From NCBI GenBank assembly GCA_018335335.1, contig JAGXKG010000005.1:2868-66867 (forward strand): a stretch of DNA of 64,000 bases. The letters run 5' to 3'. The DNA is from Candidatus Thorarchaeota archaeon (lineage in GTDB: Archaea > Asgardarchaeota > Thorarchaeia > Thorarchaeales > Thorarchaeaceae). Numbering within the stretch: position 1 is the stretch's first letter; every line of letters starts with the position of its first letter. The notes under the pieces were generated by a model that was not told the origin of the DNA, made no database searches, and saw only the letters and a program-made list of their open reading frames with translations. Below are positions 1 through 9,813 of this stretch, piece after piece. Made by a program: the position numbers and the translations under genes.

Positions 1-712
1 ATCCTCGCCACTTCTATGAACTCCCTGGTCCGTGTTTCAAGACGGATGATGCTGATTCGATCCACTCAGGTCCTACTACAGGGTCTCCCCTAGTTCGTTT
101 TCCGAGTATCTTCTCTTTTAATCAGACATCCTTTGATTAGATTGCTGGTTTCAGGTACTTTTCACCCCGCTTCCGCGGTACTTTTCAACTTTCGCTCGCG
201 CTACTAGTCTGCTATCGGTTTGACATAGTATTTAGGCTTCGCAGATTGTACCTGCGTTATTCACACGAGACAACCGACCCATGCTACTCTGGGATCCACA
301 GACATGCCAACGTTTTACACCTACGGGGGTGTCACCCTCTTTGCCGCGTCGTTCCAGACGACTTTGATTTGGACGTTGAGGCAATTGTCCGTGGCCCGTA
401 CACCACATCCCCCAACACTTTTCGTCTTGGGGTTTAGTTTGGCCTTTTCCCTTTTCGCTCGCTGTTACTCAGGGAATCACGACTTGTTTTCTACTCCTGC
501 TCATACTAAGATGTTTCAATTCTGAGCGTTCCCCTTCCCGAAATGACTCGGGAATAGCACGAGGTAATAGCCCGTGCTTGGAGGTCCTATTCGGAATCCC
601 GCGGATCAATGGCTTCATGCGCCTACCCACGGAATATCGCCGCTTGTCGCGTCCTTCTTCGGCATGTCAACCGAGTCATCCACCAACAACCGTACAGCGA
701 ATTGCAGTCCTA
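1..712 (-). rRNA. 23S (LSU) rRNA, 5' ~700 nt; the gene continues beyond the window start
   Basis: The reverse complement carries conserved LSU blocks: CCGTCTTGAAACACGGACC (rc of 27-45), GTACCGCGGAAGCGGGGTGAAAAGTACCTGAAACC (rc of ~147-181) and GGTGGATG...GAAGGACGCGACAAGCG (rc of ~642-684), which marks the 5' end region. The 5' boundary (~705-715) is estimated by analogy to the E. coli spacing. Confidence 0.85.
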
Positions 713-1207
713 ATCATATAACCAGTGCAGCATTACCTGCTGCCAAGGAGTTGAGTAAACCTCATTCGTACCTCCATCCTCTGCAATCAATCCATACACT
801 TCTGCCACGAAACTGTGTGACGGGAGTACGACTCCAAAGCATATGCATCGACGGTCCCCCACCGGGAATGACTCCAATCCTTAGGTCTGGTCCCGATGAG
901 TCCTGTCATCGAGCGCACATCTGTGCAGCTCTCGGGAGCCTCTCGCGAGGACTTTGGACCTGTGTAAACACACGCACAGTCTGAGGTGTGCGCGCTCAGC
1001 CAGCCAGTTACGCTGGCGATTTAAACATTGCTATACGTCAAGCTGTCAGAACTACTTCACAGCAACCTTGCTATAGCCGCCGTATAATGCGTTCCCTACT
1101 CAACGTATGCAAGCAAGCCTTATCGGGAACAGTTTCCTCATAAACATTTGGTTTCAGATGCGTTTAGCTGGTTCAATGCATCGCGTGAAAGAGTGCACAT
1201 AGCGATA

Positions 1208-1915
1208 CTAGTCAGGGCAGAGGCTGTGTTCCTGTACTTCCATCAGTTCTTCACATCCCTTCACGGCCAGATCAAGCATCTCTTCCAGCTGCGTCCGGTC
1301 GAAGGTCTCTCCTTCAGCTGTGCCTTGCACCTCAACAAACTCTGCATCACGCATCACGATATTCATGTCAACATCAGCGGTAGAATCCTCGATGTAACAA
1401 AGATCGAGTAGACATTCACCGTTGACCACACCAACACTCACAGCAGCAACTGTACCAATCAAAGGGCTTTCCGAAAGCATATCCATAGCAAGCATGTAAT
1501 CTATGGCATCAACAAGCGCGATGTAGCCACCAGTAATCGAAGCAGTCCGGGTGCCTCCATCTGCCTGGATAACATCACAATCGATACGAAGGGTATGTTC
1601 ACCCAACGATGGCAAATCAAGAGCTGTACGCAATGAGCGACCAATCAATCGCTGAATCTCGTAAGTACGACCGCTCCGTCGATACCGGTTGATGCGATTA
1701 TCAGTAGACCTCGGGAGCATGCCGTACTCTGCAGTACACCATCCTTGTCCTTTTCCATTTAGCCAACCAGGTACGCCAACTTCAACAGTAGCAGTGCAAA
1801 TAACCTTCGTCTCACCAGTTGCAATAAGGACTGAACCCTCAGGATGCTTGAGATAATCACGGGTAACTTCTACCGGGCGCAGTTCATCATTTTCGCGGCC
1901 ATCTGAACGAACCAT
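1208..1915 (-). CDS. rph: Ribonuclease PH, bacterial type
   Basis: The 235-aa ORF aligns along its length with E. coli RNase PH from memory: EGSVL..GETKV.CTA, GQGW.TAEYGMLPRST, GRTYEIQRLIGRSLR, DCDVIQADGGTRTASITG, VEVQGTAEGE. Confidence 0.9.
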   Translation of the reverse strand: MVRSDGRENDELRPVEVTRDYLKHPEGSVLIATGETKVICTATVEVGVPGWLNGKGQGWCTAEYGMLPRSTDNRINRYRRSGRTYEIQRLIGRSLRTALDLPSLGEHTLRIDCDVIQADGGTRTASITGGYIALVDAIDYMLAMDMLSESPLIGTVAAVSVGVVNGECLLDLCYIEDSTADVDMNIVMRDAEFVEVQGTAEGETFDRTQLEEMLDLAVKGCEELMEVQEHSLCPD

Positions 1916-2064
1916 GAAACCAACTCTGTTTCGAGGTGAGAAGTACCGGTATTAATGACTGTCGGATTCTTCAACCTAGAGCGGGCATACTCTTTTATTT
2001 CAATCTGCATCACAATGTATAAGCCGCGTCACGCGGTGAGATTCAATCCATAGCTCGGTGAGTT

Positions 2065-3093
2065 GTGATGATGGATATTCGAGCCAAATTCGAGCAAGCA
2101 CTCCAGGACACGGTAGACGAATGGAAGAAACAAGGGCATGTTGAAGGCATGTTTGTCTATGGGTCCTATGTGAACAAAGCCCAAACTCCAGATTCAGATC
2201 TCGATGTCTGTATAGTCTGGGACCAAGACGAGGCGCCAGTTCGCCTTCTGTCACGGCACAAAGGCGTCCGCATTGACATGACGTTCATCACTCAAGAAAG
2301 TATCCAAGAAGTATTGAACAGAGAGAGCGGAAATCCCCAGCAGATTGCCAAGGTCATCGAACGGGTGAAAGGCTCCAAGGTGGCATATGACCAATCAGGT
2401 AGACTTGAGGAATGGAGAGCAATAGCTGAAGATTATGTGTGGCCAGAAGAGGCGGTTATCATGATGAAGGAACGAACAGCCGGAGAGCTGGAACAAGCAA
2501 AGAAGCTGCTCGAAGAAAACCGGGTTAGCTCTATTTGCGAGCTGCGTAATGCGCTGTTTGACCTGGCACGCACAATCTTGATGATTGATAATAGATTCAG
2601 CATCATCAGAACCGCAGACGTCCTATCGGAAGCGAGGTTGCTTAATCCTCCAATGTACAGCCTCTTCCTGAGGACCTTCAAGCTACGAGGCATGAATGAA
2701 GAGCAGATTATGAAGGCTCTCGAAGATGTGAAAAGCTGGCTCCGAGAAGCAGAAGAGCGGCTTGACAAGAGCGACTTGGACACCGTTGTTATCCCCTTAC
2801 TCAATCGAGCGCAACGTCACTATTTCGGCGCCTTGTCCCTGACCATCAACGCATCTTATGAGCTGGCTGTACTGGAGATGCGTCACGCCATATACATGAT
2901 AGCTAACGCCCTGCTGGCTATGCACGGAATAGAAGAACCGGATAGTCTTGAGTTCATCACTTCCTTGCGAGAGAAAGAGAACGAATTCTATGAGGATATG
3001 CTCCTCTCACTCTGCGAGTTCGACCTGCAGCCAAAGGCTATCAAGCGAGCAATCGATGAATCCAAATTCGTCCTCGCCAGGTTAGCAGTCTAA
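2065..3093 (+). CDS. Nucleotidyltransferase-domain protein with a helical C-terminal domain (KNTase-like)
   Basis: GMFVYGSYVNK...DSDLDVCIV matches the minimal NTase motif (GS...DxD). The long alpha-helical C-terminal half is typical of NTase substrate-binding domains. Confidence 0.6.
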   Translation: MMMDIRAKFEQALQDTVDEWKKQGHVEGMFVYGSYVNKAQTPDSDLDVCIVWDQDEAPVRLLSRHKGVRIDMTFITQESIQEVLNRESGNPQQIAKVIERVKGSKVAYDQSGRLEEWRAIAEDYVWPEEAVIMMKERTAGELEQAKKLLEENRVSSICELRNALFDLARTILMIDNRFSIIRTADVLSEARLLNPPMYSLFLRTFKLRGMNEEQIMKALEDVKSWLREAEERLDKSDLDTVVIPLLNRAQRHYFGALSLTINASYELAVLEMRHAIYMIANALLAMHGIEEPDSLEFITSLREKENEFYEDMLLSLCEFDLQPKAIKRAIDESKFVLARLAV

Positions 3094-3148
3094 TGGTTTC
3101 GGACACATTCATTAGGAGCAGGTGGTACCTTTTTGGTAGTGGCTCAAA

Positions 3149-3715
3149 ATGTCTGCTGACGATGTTAAAATCCTCAAACTACTCAGTGTACTTCTGACCC
3201 AGACCAAACAGGACCAGCTCAAAGAGGAATTCGATAAATACACGGACGCTACCAATTTCGTCCTCGCCGAGATTCTCAAGCAACATCTCACCTCTGAGGG
3301 GCAGGCGATAAATGAATTGCGCGAGGAGTTCACGTCCAAGTTCGATCCGCGGATTGCCTATCTGGAGGATGTTGTCAGAACTGCAAGGGTCAAGATAGGA
3401 GAGCACAGGGCTATGGCGCGATCGATGAGGAGCCTGCGCAACAAGACGCCCTACTTCGAAGAGGGGAAAATGATATTCTCTGAACCGATTATCAAAGTGA
3501 AACCATCGGCCACTATCCTCTTCACTGCAGATGACGAGGAAATACCCGTACCATACGATAAGCGCACTCGCAACCGTAACAAGGAAATCCTGACAGAAAT
3601 AGCATCAGGAAAACGCGACCACGGACGGGTACGCCTTACCTGGAAGAAGGCAGGTTATGTCGGAGTCGATATCAGAGTGGAAGGGGGCAAACTTGGAAGA
3701 CCTGAAGAAATTTAG
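3149..3715 (+). CDS. Hypothetical protein resembling only the N-terminal (non-nuclease) half of IS200/IS605 OrfB/TnpB
   Basis: The pattern LLTQTKQDQLKEEFDKYTDATNFVLAEI resembles the TnpB N-terminal L.PT..Q...L.......N motif. The end, HGRVRLTWKKAGYVGVDIRVE, is also TnpB-like. No RuvC or Zn-finger part is present. The stop overlaps the stop of the convergent WD40 gene. Confidence 0.35.
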   Translation: MSADDVKILKLLSVLLTQTKQDQLKEEFDKYTDATNFVLAEILKQHLTSEGQAINELREEFTSKFDPRIAYLEDVVRTARVKIGEHRAMARSMRSLRNKTPYFEEGKMIFSEPIIKVKPSATILFTADDEEIPVPYDKRTRNRNKEILTEIASGKRDHGRVRLTWKKAGYVGVDIRVEGGKLGRPEEI

Positions 3716-4593
3716 AAGGACCAAGCCAGGAGAGACCCCGAAAAATCGGTTGTGAACAGCCGCTCAGTGGCAGGACACCATTCTACAGAACTGACTCCAC
3801 TCCAGAGTTTTGCCTGTTTCAGCTTTTTCTCTCTGTCCAACGACCATAATCTGATTGTGCGATCCGAGCTGGATGACACCATCCGGGTATCAGAGAGAAG
3901 AGTGAAATCGGTTATGGGGTCAGTGTGGCCCTCAAGAGTAAACGAAGTGGAAGGATCCTCAACAGGAAATACCCTGATGTCGCCAGTGTGAAAACCAAGA
4001 ATCACCCGGGTATCATCAGGAGTTGTCCCAAGACAACGAATCCGTTTCTTGTCCTCCCGAAGTGTAGAGAGAAGGTCGTACTCCTTCAAATCCCAGATAC
4101 GACAGCTGCCATTCCACGAGACACTCAAAAGCTGGGAATCCCCATCAGCAAAATGGAGACCAGAGACATTCAAATCGTCGGTCTGCATATTGCGTATGCA
4201 CTTCATGTGTTCTACTGAGAAGATCTTCACTTCGCCATCTCTGCCGCCAGCTGCACCTTTGTTTTCGTTATCTGCAATTGCCAGAGATTTGACCTCAGTG
4301 TGATGTTTGAGCATCTTCGGCTCCTTCTTACCTTTCTTGAGAGACCAGCGACGAGTTGTACCGTCCCAGGAACTGGAGAGGACGTGTTTGCCTTTTTTGA
4401 GAAAACGTACCTTGGAGACAATATCTTCATGACCCTTCAGTATCTTCAAAACAGTGCCCTCTTCTAGGTCAATAAGTAGAATTGGGCCCTCAGTAGTACC
4501 GCACGCAGCTCGTTTCCCGTCATGATCAACTGAAAGGCAGGTCAATGGAACTGCATCAGCTGGTTCCGGCTGATAAATGAGCTGCTTGTCCAA
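3712..4593 (-). CDS. WD40-repeat protein
   Basis: Repeated GH.D.V..V.F...G....S.S.DGT.R.W motifs (about 7 blades), e.g. GHEDIVSKVRF...SSSWDGTTRRWSL and GHTDPITDF...SSSSDRTIRLWSL. Confidence 0.85.
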   Translation of the reverse strand: MDKQLIYQPEPADAVPLTCLSVDHDGKRAACGTTEGPILLIDLEEGTVLKILKGHEDIVSKVRFLKKGKHVLSSSWDGTTRRWSLKKGKKEPKMLKHHTEVKSLAIADNENKGAAGGRDGEVKIFSVEHMKCIRNMQTDDLNVSGLHFADGDSQLLSVSWNGSCRIWDLKEYDLLSTLREDKKRIRCLGTTPDDTRVILGFHTGDIRVFPVEDPSTSFTLEGHTDPITDFTLLSDTRMVSSSSDRTIRLWSLDREKKLKQAKLWSGVSSVEWCPATERLFTTDFSGSLLAWSF

Positions 4594-4654
4594 TGCTTTG
4601 CACCATCTTTGGTTTGATATACGTCATATCAATAGGACTTCCGGTCTTAAAGCC

Positions 4655-5686
4655 TTAAGGTTCGTTTCTGCGCGTATACCAGAAATAGCTCATACCCACA
4701 ACAACAAAACCTGTAGCAACGAGTCCAATCTGGAGAAAGGGGAAAGCGTCAAGCTCAAAGATGGCATTGGAAGCCAAATCCTCGACGAGGAACACTTCCA
4801 TAACCTCACCGACAATCGCCAAGCTTTCAGCACTACATTTGTCAGGCGTATCCTCAAGAGTATGCCAATAATCCGGAAACGGAGCATGTTCGATGATATC
4901 GAGTGCTGGAATACCAGCATCGAGGAACGGGCGATGATCATCCAGTATTCTTGCTCCTACTGTCGGTAAGAAGGTGTCATTCCTGCCCATAGATTCGGCA
5001 CGTTCCCAGACTGCATTCTGCAGAGTGTCTGTGGAGGTGACTTCTTTTTCCAAGCGCAGCTCCTTATCGCCAACCATATCGAGAAGAATCATCGCCGAAA
5101 TCTGGCCTTTCCTTGTATCTGATAATGAATCAACGAAGTATGTTGAACCAACAATCCAATCCCAGCCATTGATGTCACCCGAGTCTTCGGCATCGAAGAA
5201 GACCAGCTCGATTCCTTGCTTGACTTCATCTGGTAGGACACATGCAAGCTCAAGAAGCACAGCAACACCGCTTGCACCGTCGTTTGCACCCAGTATGGGT
5301 TCTGATCGATTTTCTGGATGAGAATCCTTGTCTGCTCTTGGGCGGGTATCATAATGGGCTCCGAGGATGAATGAGGGAGTATGATTGCCGGGATAGGTAG
5401 CACGAATGTTCGAACAAAAGACATCCAGATATGTGAAATTCTGAAATACTACGTTCCAGCCGTAGTCATCTAAAGCCTCTGCCATATATGCCCTGCACGC
5501 ATTCAAATTCTCTGACCCTGGTGGGCGCGGACCAAAGTCACATTGCTCGACCAGATGGGTATATGCACGTGGCCCATCGAACACCGGTGTGTGAGCAGCA
5601 TCAACACCCGGACCGCTACTAAGAAAGAAGCATACGATGGCAATGAGTGCCCACGTGGCATGCTTGGAAGACATGAAGGATATCAC
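4655..5686 (-). CDS. M28-family metallopeptidase / glutaminyl-cyclase-like protein, secreted and C-terminally membrane-anchored
   Basis: LGAHYDTRPRADKD, GANDGASGVAVLLELA and VFFDAEDSG metal-ligand motifs. There is an N-terminal signal-like hydrophobic stretch and a C-terminal TM segment. Confidence 0.75.
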   Translation of the reverse strand: MISFMSSKHATWALIAIVCFFLSSGPGVDAAHTPVFDGPRAYTHLVEQCDFGPRPPGSENLNACRAYMAEALDDYGWNVVFQNFTYLDVFCSNIRATYPGNHTPSFILGAHYDTRPRADKDSHPENRSEPILGANDGASGVAVLLELACVLPDEVKQGIELVFFDAEDSGDINGWDWIVGSTYFVDSLSDTRKGQISAMILLDMVGDKELRLEKEVTSTDTLQNAVWERAESMGRNDTFLPTVGARILDDHRPFLDAGIPALDIIEHAPFPDYWHTLEDTPDKCSAESLAIVGEVMEVFLVEDLASNAIFELDAFPFLQIGLVATGFVVVGMSYFWYTRRNEP

Positions 5687-5746
5687 TACGGCATAACCTA
5701 AGAAGGTTTGGCAGTGGGCGTAAAGATGAAAGAAGCATACAGTAAC

Positions 5747-6415
5747 CTAGGTGGTACTACAGGAATCTCCACCAGTTTCCGGCCGCAACCCAAGTCGGCG
5801 CATGAGCTTGCCACCAGGGACTTGTTCTTCCGCTGCCGGCTCACCAGATTTATCCACTTTGACTGGTCTCCTTCGGACTTCTTCAAAGCCGTATGCCATC
5901 ACCAGCATCTTTGATGGATGGTTCTCCTCGAAAATTTCACAGTATATTTCCTCAATTCCTGCTTCAATGAAATATTCAGAGGCCCGTTGAATCATCGCTG
6001 TTGCAACACCCCGGCGGCGACGTTCAGGTAACACGCCTATCCCGGTGATTTCACCATAGACCCCACGGTCATCTTCTTCCACAAAACAGGCAATGAACCC
6101 CGATAGCTCACCCCAGAGCTCAGCCACGAAGATACCCTCTGTGTCGAGCTTCTCTGCTTCAGCTGTTGTTAAGGGACAGAAGGGGTCAGGAGAGGCTAGA
6201 AAACAACGATTGTAGAGGGCAACGAATTCCTCGATTTCGGTTTCCCTCAATTGTCGTACGTCTATGTAGCTTGGAATACTCTTGTCTTCCCACCAATCAC
6301 GAGCGAGTCTCAAGGCCTCCTCTGCGTCAGCCTTCATAATCAGATAGTGGCTGACGTTTGATTCAGACTCTTCCTGTGATGGCATCGTTGGTCTACCCTC
6401 TTCCGATTGATTCAA
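5747..6415 (-). CDS. GNAT-family N-acetyltransferase
   Basis: Acetyl-CoA motif A: GIGVLPERRRRGVATAMI. Confidence 0.75.
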   Translation of the reverse strand: MNQSEEGRPTMPSQEESESNVSHYLIMKADAEEALRLARDWWEDKSIPSYIDVRQLRETEIEEFVALYNRCFLASPDPFCPLTTAEAEKLDTEGIFVAELWGELSGFIACFVEEDDRGVYGEITGIGVLPERRRRGVATAMIQRASEYFIEAGIEEIYCEIFEENHPSKMLVMAYGFEEVRRRPVKVDKSGEPAAEEQVPGGKLMRRLGLRPETGGDSCSTT

Positions 6416-6449
6416 ACGGTTAACAATCTATTGGCAGCACCACTCAGCA

Positions 6450-7226
6450 TCAATCTGCATGAAGAGAGTCGATTGCTGCAATTGTGGCCTCGATTTCTTT
6501 CTCGACTGCTTCTTTGAGGAGTGGGTCTTCCTCACCGGATTCCTCGGTGGCGTCACTCAGTTCCCCTTTCTGCTCGCCATGCAGATTACCATCACAGGCT
6601 AGGATTGATGCCGCCTCCAAATCATTGGTAGTGGCGAAAACAAAAAGCAAGGAGGCCTCCATTTCTACACATTTCACATTTGCTCTCGTCCAGACATCCA
6701 GGGGGTTACCCATCTCAGGATTGTTGTAGTATACGTCTGTAGTCCAGCAGATGCCACGGTGAACACGATCCTCTGGGAATACAGCGGATATCTCGTCGAA
6801 AAGAGCCTTCTGCCAGACAGGAGAAGCAACAGCCGGATATTCTATGGGCGCATAGTTCAAGCCGGTTCGTTCATCCCTGACACATGCTGTGGGCACCACA
6901 ACGTCTCCCGTCGTGACATCACGAGATATGCCACCACAACTCCCCACTCTGATGATGACCTGAGCTCCGAGGTTCGTCAGCTCCTCTATGCAGATATGCG
7001 TGGTTGGTGTACCCATGCCGGTTCCAGAGAGTGTTACCGGGACTCCACCAGGGGTGTAGGCACGATAGGTTACCAAGCCACGATATCTGGCAACCTCCTC
7101 GGCATCATTCATCTGCGCAGCAATTTTCGGAATACGATCGGGATTGCCAGCTATAAGACAGATATCCTCAACATCGCCTTCACCAACTCGTAGATGGGGT
7201 TGAATACGCTTCTTCATGGGATTCAC
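6450..7226 (-). CDS. udp: Uridine phosphorylase-type nucleoside phosphorylase (PNP/UDP family 1)
   Basis: Co-linear with E. coli Udp from memory: IAGNPDRIPKIA, SGTGMGTPTT.I.IEEL..LG, IRVGSCGG, YAPIEYPAVA, VEMEAS.L. Confidence 0.75.
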   Translation of the reverse strand: MNPMKKRIQPHLRVGEGDVEDICLIAGNPDRIPKIAAQMNDAEEVARYRGLVTYRAYTPGGVPVTLSGTGMGTPTTHICIEELTNLGAQVIIRVGSCGGISRDVTTGDVVVPTACVRDERTGLNYAPIEYPAVASPVWQKALFDEISAVFPEDRVHRGICWTTDVYYNNPEMGNPLDVWTRANVKCVEMEASLLFVFATTNDLEAASILACDGNLHGEQKGELSDATEESGEEDPLLKEAVEKEIEATIAAIDSLHAD

Positions 7227-7370
7227 CTGTATGACAGTTCACTAGTGCCTATGTGTTTCGCCAAATAAGCAGGGTCGCACACTCTTATTTCGGTTCTTTC
7301 GTACAAATAACTTTCTCAACACAGAAGTTTCACGCGGTTGTGTTCACTCACCTGTACGGATAGGATTGTG

Positions 7371-8678
7371 TTAACAGTGGAAGTATGAAACGAGGCTCTC
7401 TTTCCGGGGAAAAAGGGTTGACACGAGAGACTTGACTTTCCCGGAAACCAGAAAGTCGATGTTCATCTTGGATAGTTCATCTATCCGATAGTCGCCCAGC
7501 ACCAATCGAACAAAATCCATCGGTGGTGCTCTTACATCCGTTTTGTCTCCCACTTCTGACGGCCCAGAATCGGTTATTCCAACTATAGCCCCACCGACAA
7601 TCTCGAGTTCATAGCAGTGTCTATAGGTATTCAAAGGCAGGGTGTAAGACAGCCCTTCAAACATGGTTCCATTGAGTCGTGTCTCCAAAACTGGCTGTAT
7701 CTTCCGCAAGAACCGCAGCATATCAGGAATGCGGATTTGGTACTTCCATCCTCGGCTTATTTCTCCGCCCATATCGAGTGCCAACCGTGCGAGGTTTGAT
7801 AACCTACTCCCTGGCAACGTTATTCGATAGAGGCCTTTGGAAAGCGCTTCCGTTCGAAGGAATTTCAACGTGGCAAGTATTCCCGAATAGGACACAATGC
7901 TGCTTTCGATGACATCAAGAGTAGCACCGCTCTCAGGCTTGGAGGCATCACCACGGGAAACCAGTCTGAAATATCCGACAATTGCTCCGCCTGTCTCTAC
8001 CACCAGTGTTGTGAAATCAGCGGCATACTCCTTTTTGAACCGCTCCTGAAGAGTCCATAACTCCTGTGAACGGCGGGCCGTGACAAGGAATTTCTCTCTT
8101 TGTTGATCATACAGTTTCATGATGGCACCCAAGTCGCTCTCTTGGGCTTCTCTGATGGAAACATCAGAAACTGTAGATGGGTACGACTCGTCTTTGGCCG
8201 GTATCTGATCAACTCTGATGGAGACAGATTTCGCGAGCGGGAGTATGAAATCATAACCGAAATTCCGATAGACATAGGGAATGCCTTGGATGGTGGAGAT
8301 ATCATACTCGCCGTCATGCAGGTGCTTCTCAAAGAGCTGGTAGAGTATTCGCATGAATCCCCTTCGACGATATCCTTCTAGCGTTCCCACATATCCAAGC
8401 TCGAGGTTCTTCAGCGGCACACCATCATAATCCCAGGTACTCGGAATCGCATTGAGAGAGGAAACGATCATGTCTTTGTCTGTATCGCGTATGTAGAAGT
8501 TCATCTCACGGGAGAAGTCAGGTAGATTTTTTATCAAATGTCTAAGCGCTACAGCATCCCCGCGATTATGTACCTTAGCATTGAACTCGACTAGTTCGTC
8601 AACCTCCGTATCGGATTGGACGATACCTATTTCGAAGCCATCTGATACTTCAGGGAGGTCATTCTCTGGTAGTGCCAC
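7371..8678 (-). CDS. GNAT acetyltransferase with tandem GNAT-like domains and a C-terminal extension (Eis-like architecture)
   Basis: YVGTLEGYRRRGFMRILY acetyl-CoA motif. The 435-aa length and second GNAT-like segment resemble Eis-type enzymes. Confidence 0.55.
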   Translation of the reverse strand: MALPENDLPEVSDGFEIGIVQSDTEVDELVEFNAKVHNRGDAVALRHLIKNLPDFSREMNFYIRDTDKDMIVSSLNAIPSTWDYDGVPLKNLELGYVGTLEGYRRRGFMRILYQLFEKHLHDGEYDISTIQGIPYVYRNFGYDFILPLAKSVSIRVDQIPAKDESYPSTVSDVSIREAQESDLGAIMKLYDQQREKFLVTARRSQELWTLQERFKKEYAADFTTLVVETGGAIVGYFRLVSRGDASKPESGATLDVIESSIVSYSGILATLKFLRTEALSKGLYRITLPGSRLSNLARLALDMGGEISRGWKYQIRIPDMLRFLRKIQPVLETRLNGTMFEGLSYTLPLNTYRHCYELEIVGGAIVGITDSGPSEVGDKTDVRAPPMDFVRLVLGDYRIDELSKMNIDFLVSGKVKSLVSTLFPRKESLVSYFHC

Positions 8679-8820
8679 TTGTTAAATCTCCTAGCAATAG
8701 CTTTCCTAATCTGCTATGCCGTCGATTTTATGGGGATGTCATCTTTATTTCAAGATGGCGGTTGTACCTCTCATAGGACAAATACCCCTTCAATCGTAAT
8801 GAAGACTCAGGAGGAAAAAT

Positions 8821-9813
8821 ATGTACAAAATAAGCGCAGGCATGACGACGAATATGAGGAAATCCGCAACAGACTGGATAGCTGGTCAAGCGTGCGAATT
8901 GGGATTGGACGGTATCTGGATCGGGGAGGATATAGGTATCGGTCAGGATGTATTCGTATTGACAGCAGCAACACTAATGCAGTCGACAGGGGTCAGGGTG
9001 GGTAATGGTATCATACCGATTACAGTCCATAATATCAGTACAACTGCACGAGCTGCTTTCAGCCTTTATGATCTTGCAGGAGAGCGCTATGTCTTTGGGA
9101 CAGGAATTGGGGGTCTACAGGACCTCAAGAAACGGGGTATCCATGTCAAGAAGCCAGTTACAGAACTTGAGCGGGAAATCCGTACCCTACGGAGCCTTTG
9201 GAATCAGGAACAAGTATCAATAGACAGTCAGCTATTTCATCTTGAGAACTATGCTCTTGGGATAAAGAACCCAGTTACTATACCCGTATTCATGGGAGTC
9301 AGAGGCCCACAAATGCTTGAGCTTGCAGGAAGAATCGCGGACGGTGTCATCTTCTCCGGGCCCATTGAGTACCTCCAGTCAGCATTTGAAATCGTTGAGG
9401 ACTCAGCATCCAAACATGGAAGAGACCCGGAAGATATTGAGAGGGTCGTATGGTTACCAACTATTATCCAGGAGGAACATGGGACCAGCCAGTTGGCCAG
9501 ACGTGTAGTTGCGCTTGTTGCTTCTGATATGCCGTCATACGTTTTGGAAATGCTCGATGTCAACGAGGAAAAGCTGAGTCAGGTCGTTGACACAGTTGCC
9601 AAAAAGGGACCGAGTGCAGGAGCCGAGTATGTACACGAGGAACTGATTGAAGCCTTCGCTATCTCAGGCACCCCTGAACAGATTGTGAAGCAGTTTGATA
9701 TGCTTGGAGATATGGGAGCCACAGATATCATCCTGGGGCCTCCGTACTCCAAGGGTTGGAGAGACCGGATGAAAACAGTCTTGAATATTTTCGCAGAAAG
9801 GAGGGAGGACTAG
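8821..9813 (+). CDS. LLM-class (luciferase-like) flavin/F420-dependent oxidoreductase
   Basis: Strong GGAGG 8 nt upstream. Typical LLM features are present: GLDGIWIGED, GTGIGG, GRIADGVIF, and the C-terminal GTPEQIVKQFDMLGDMGATDIILGP. Confidence 0.75.
   Translation: MYKISAGMTTNMRKSATDWIAGQACELGLDGIWIGEDIGIGQDVFVLTAATLMQSTGVRVGNGIIPITVHNISTTARAAFSLYDLAGERYVFGTGIGGLQDLKKRGIHVKKPVTELEREIRTLRSLWNQEQVSIDSQLFHLENYALGIKNPVTIPVFMGVRGPQMLELAGRIADGVIFSGPIEYLQSAFEIVEDSASKHGRDPEDIERVVWLPTIIQEEHGTSQLARRVVALVASDMPSYVLEMLDVNEEKLSQVVDTVAKKGPSAGAEYVHEELIEAFAISGTPEQIVKQFDMLGDMGATDIILGPPYSKGWRDRMKTVLNIFAERRED

Noticed and set aside
246-984. Three plus-strand ORFs (63-136 aa) overlapping the start of the window.
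   Set aside because: They lie on the 23S rRNA gene and its leader. Their translations are low-complexity, and the region carries conserved LSU rRNA blocks on the other strand.
9756-9812. An upstream extension of the second LLM gene (ORF track start 9756).
   Set aside because: It would overlap the first LLM gene by 58 nt. The GTG at 9813 has a GGAGGGAGG Shine-Dalgarno and the protein alignment starts there.
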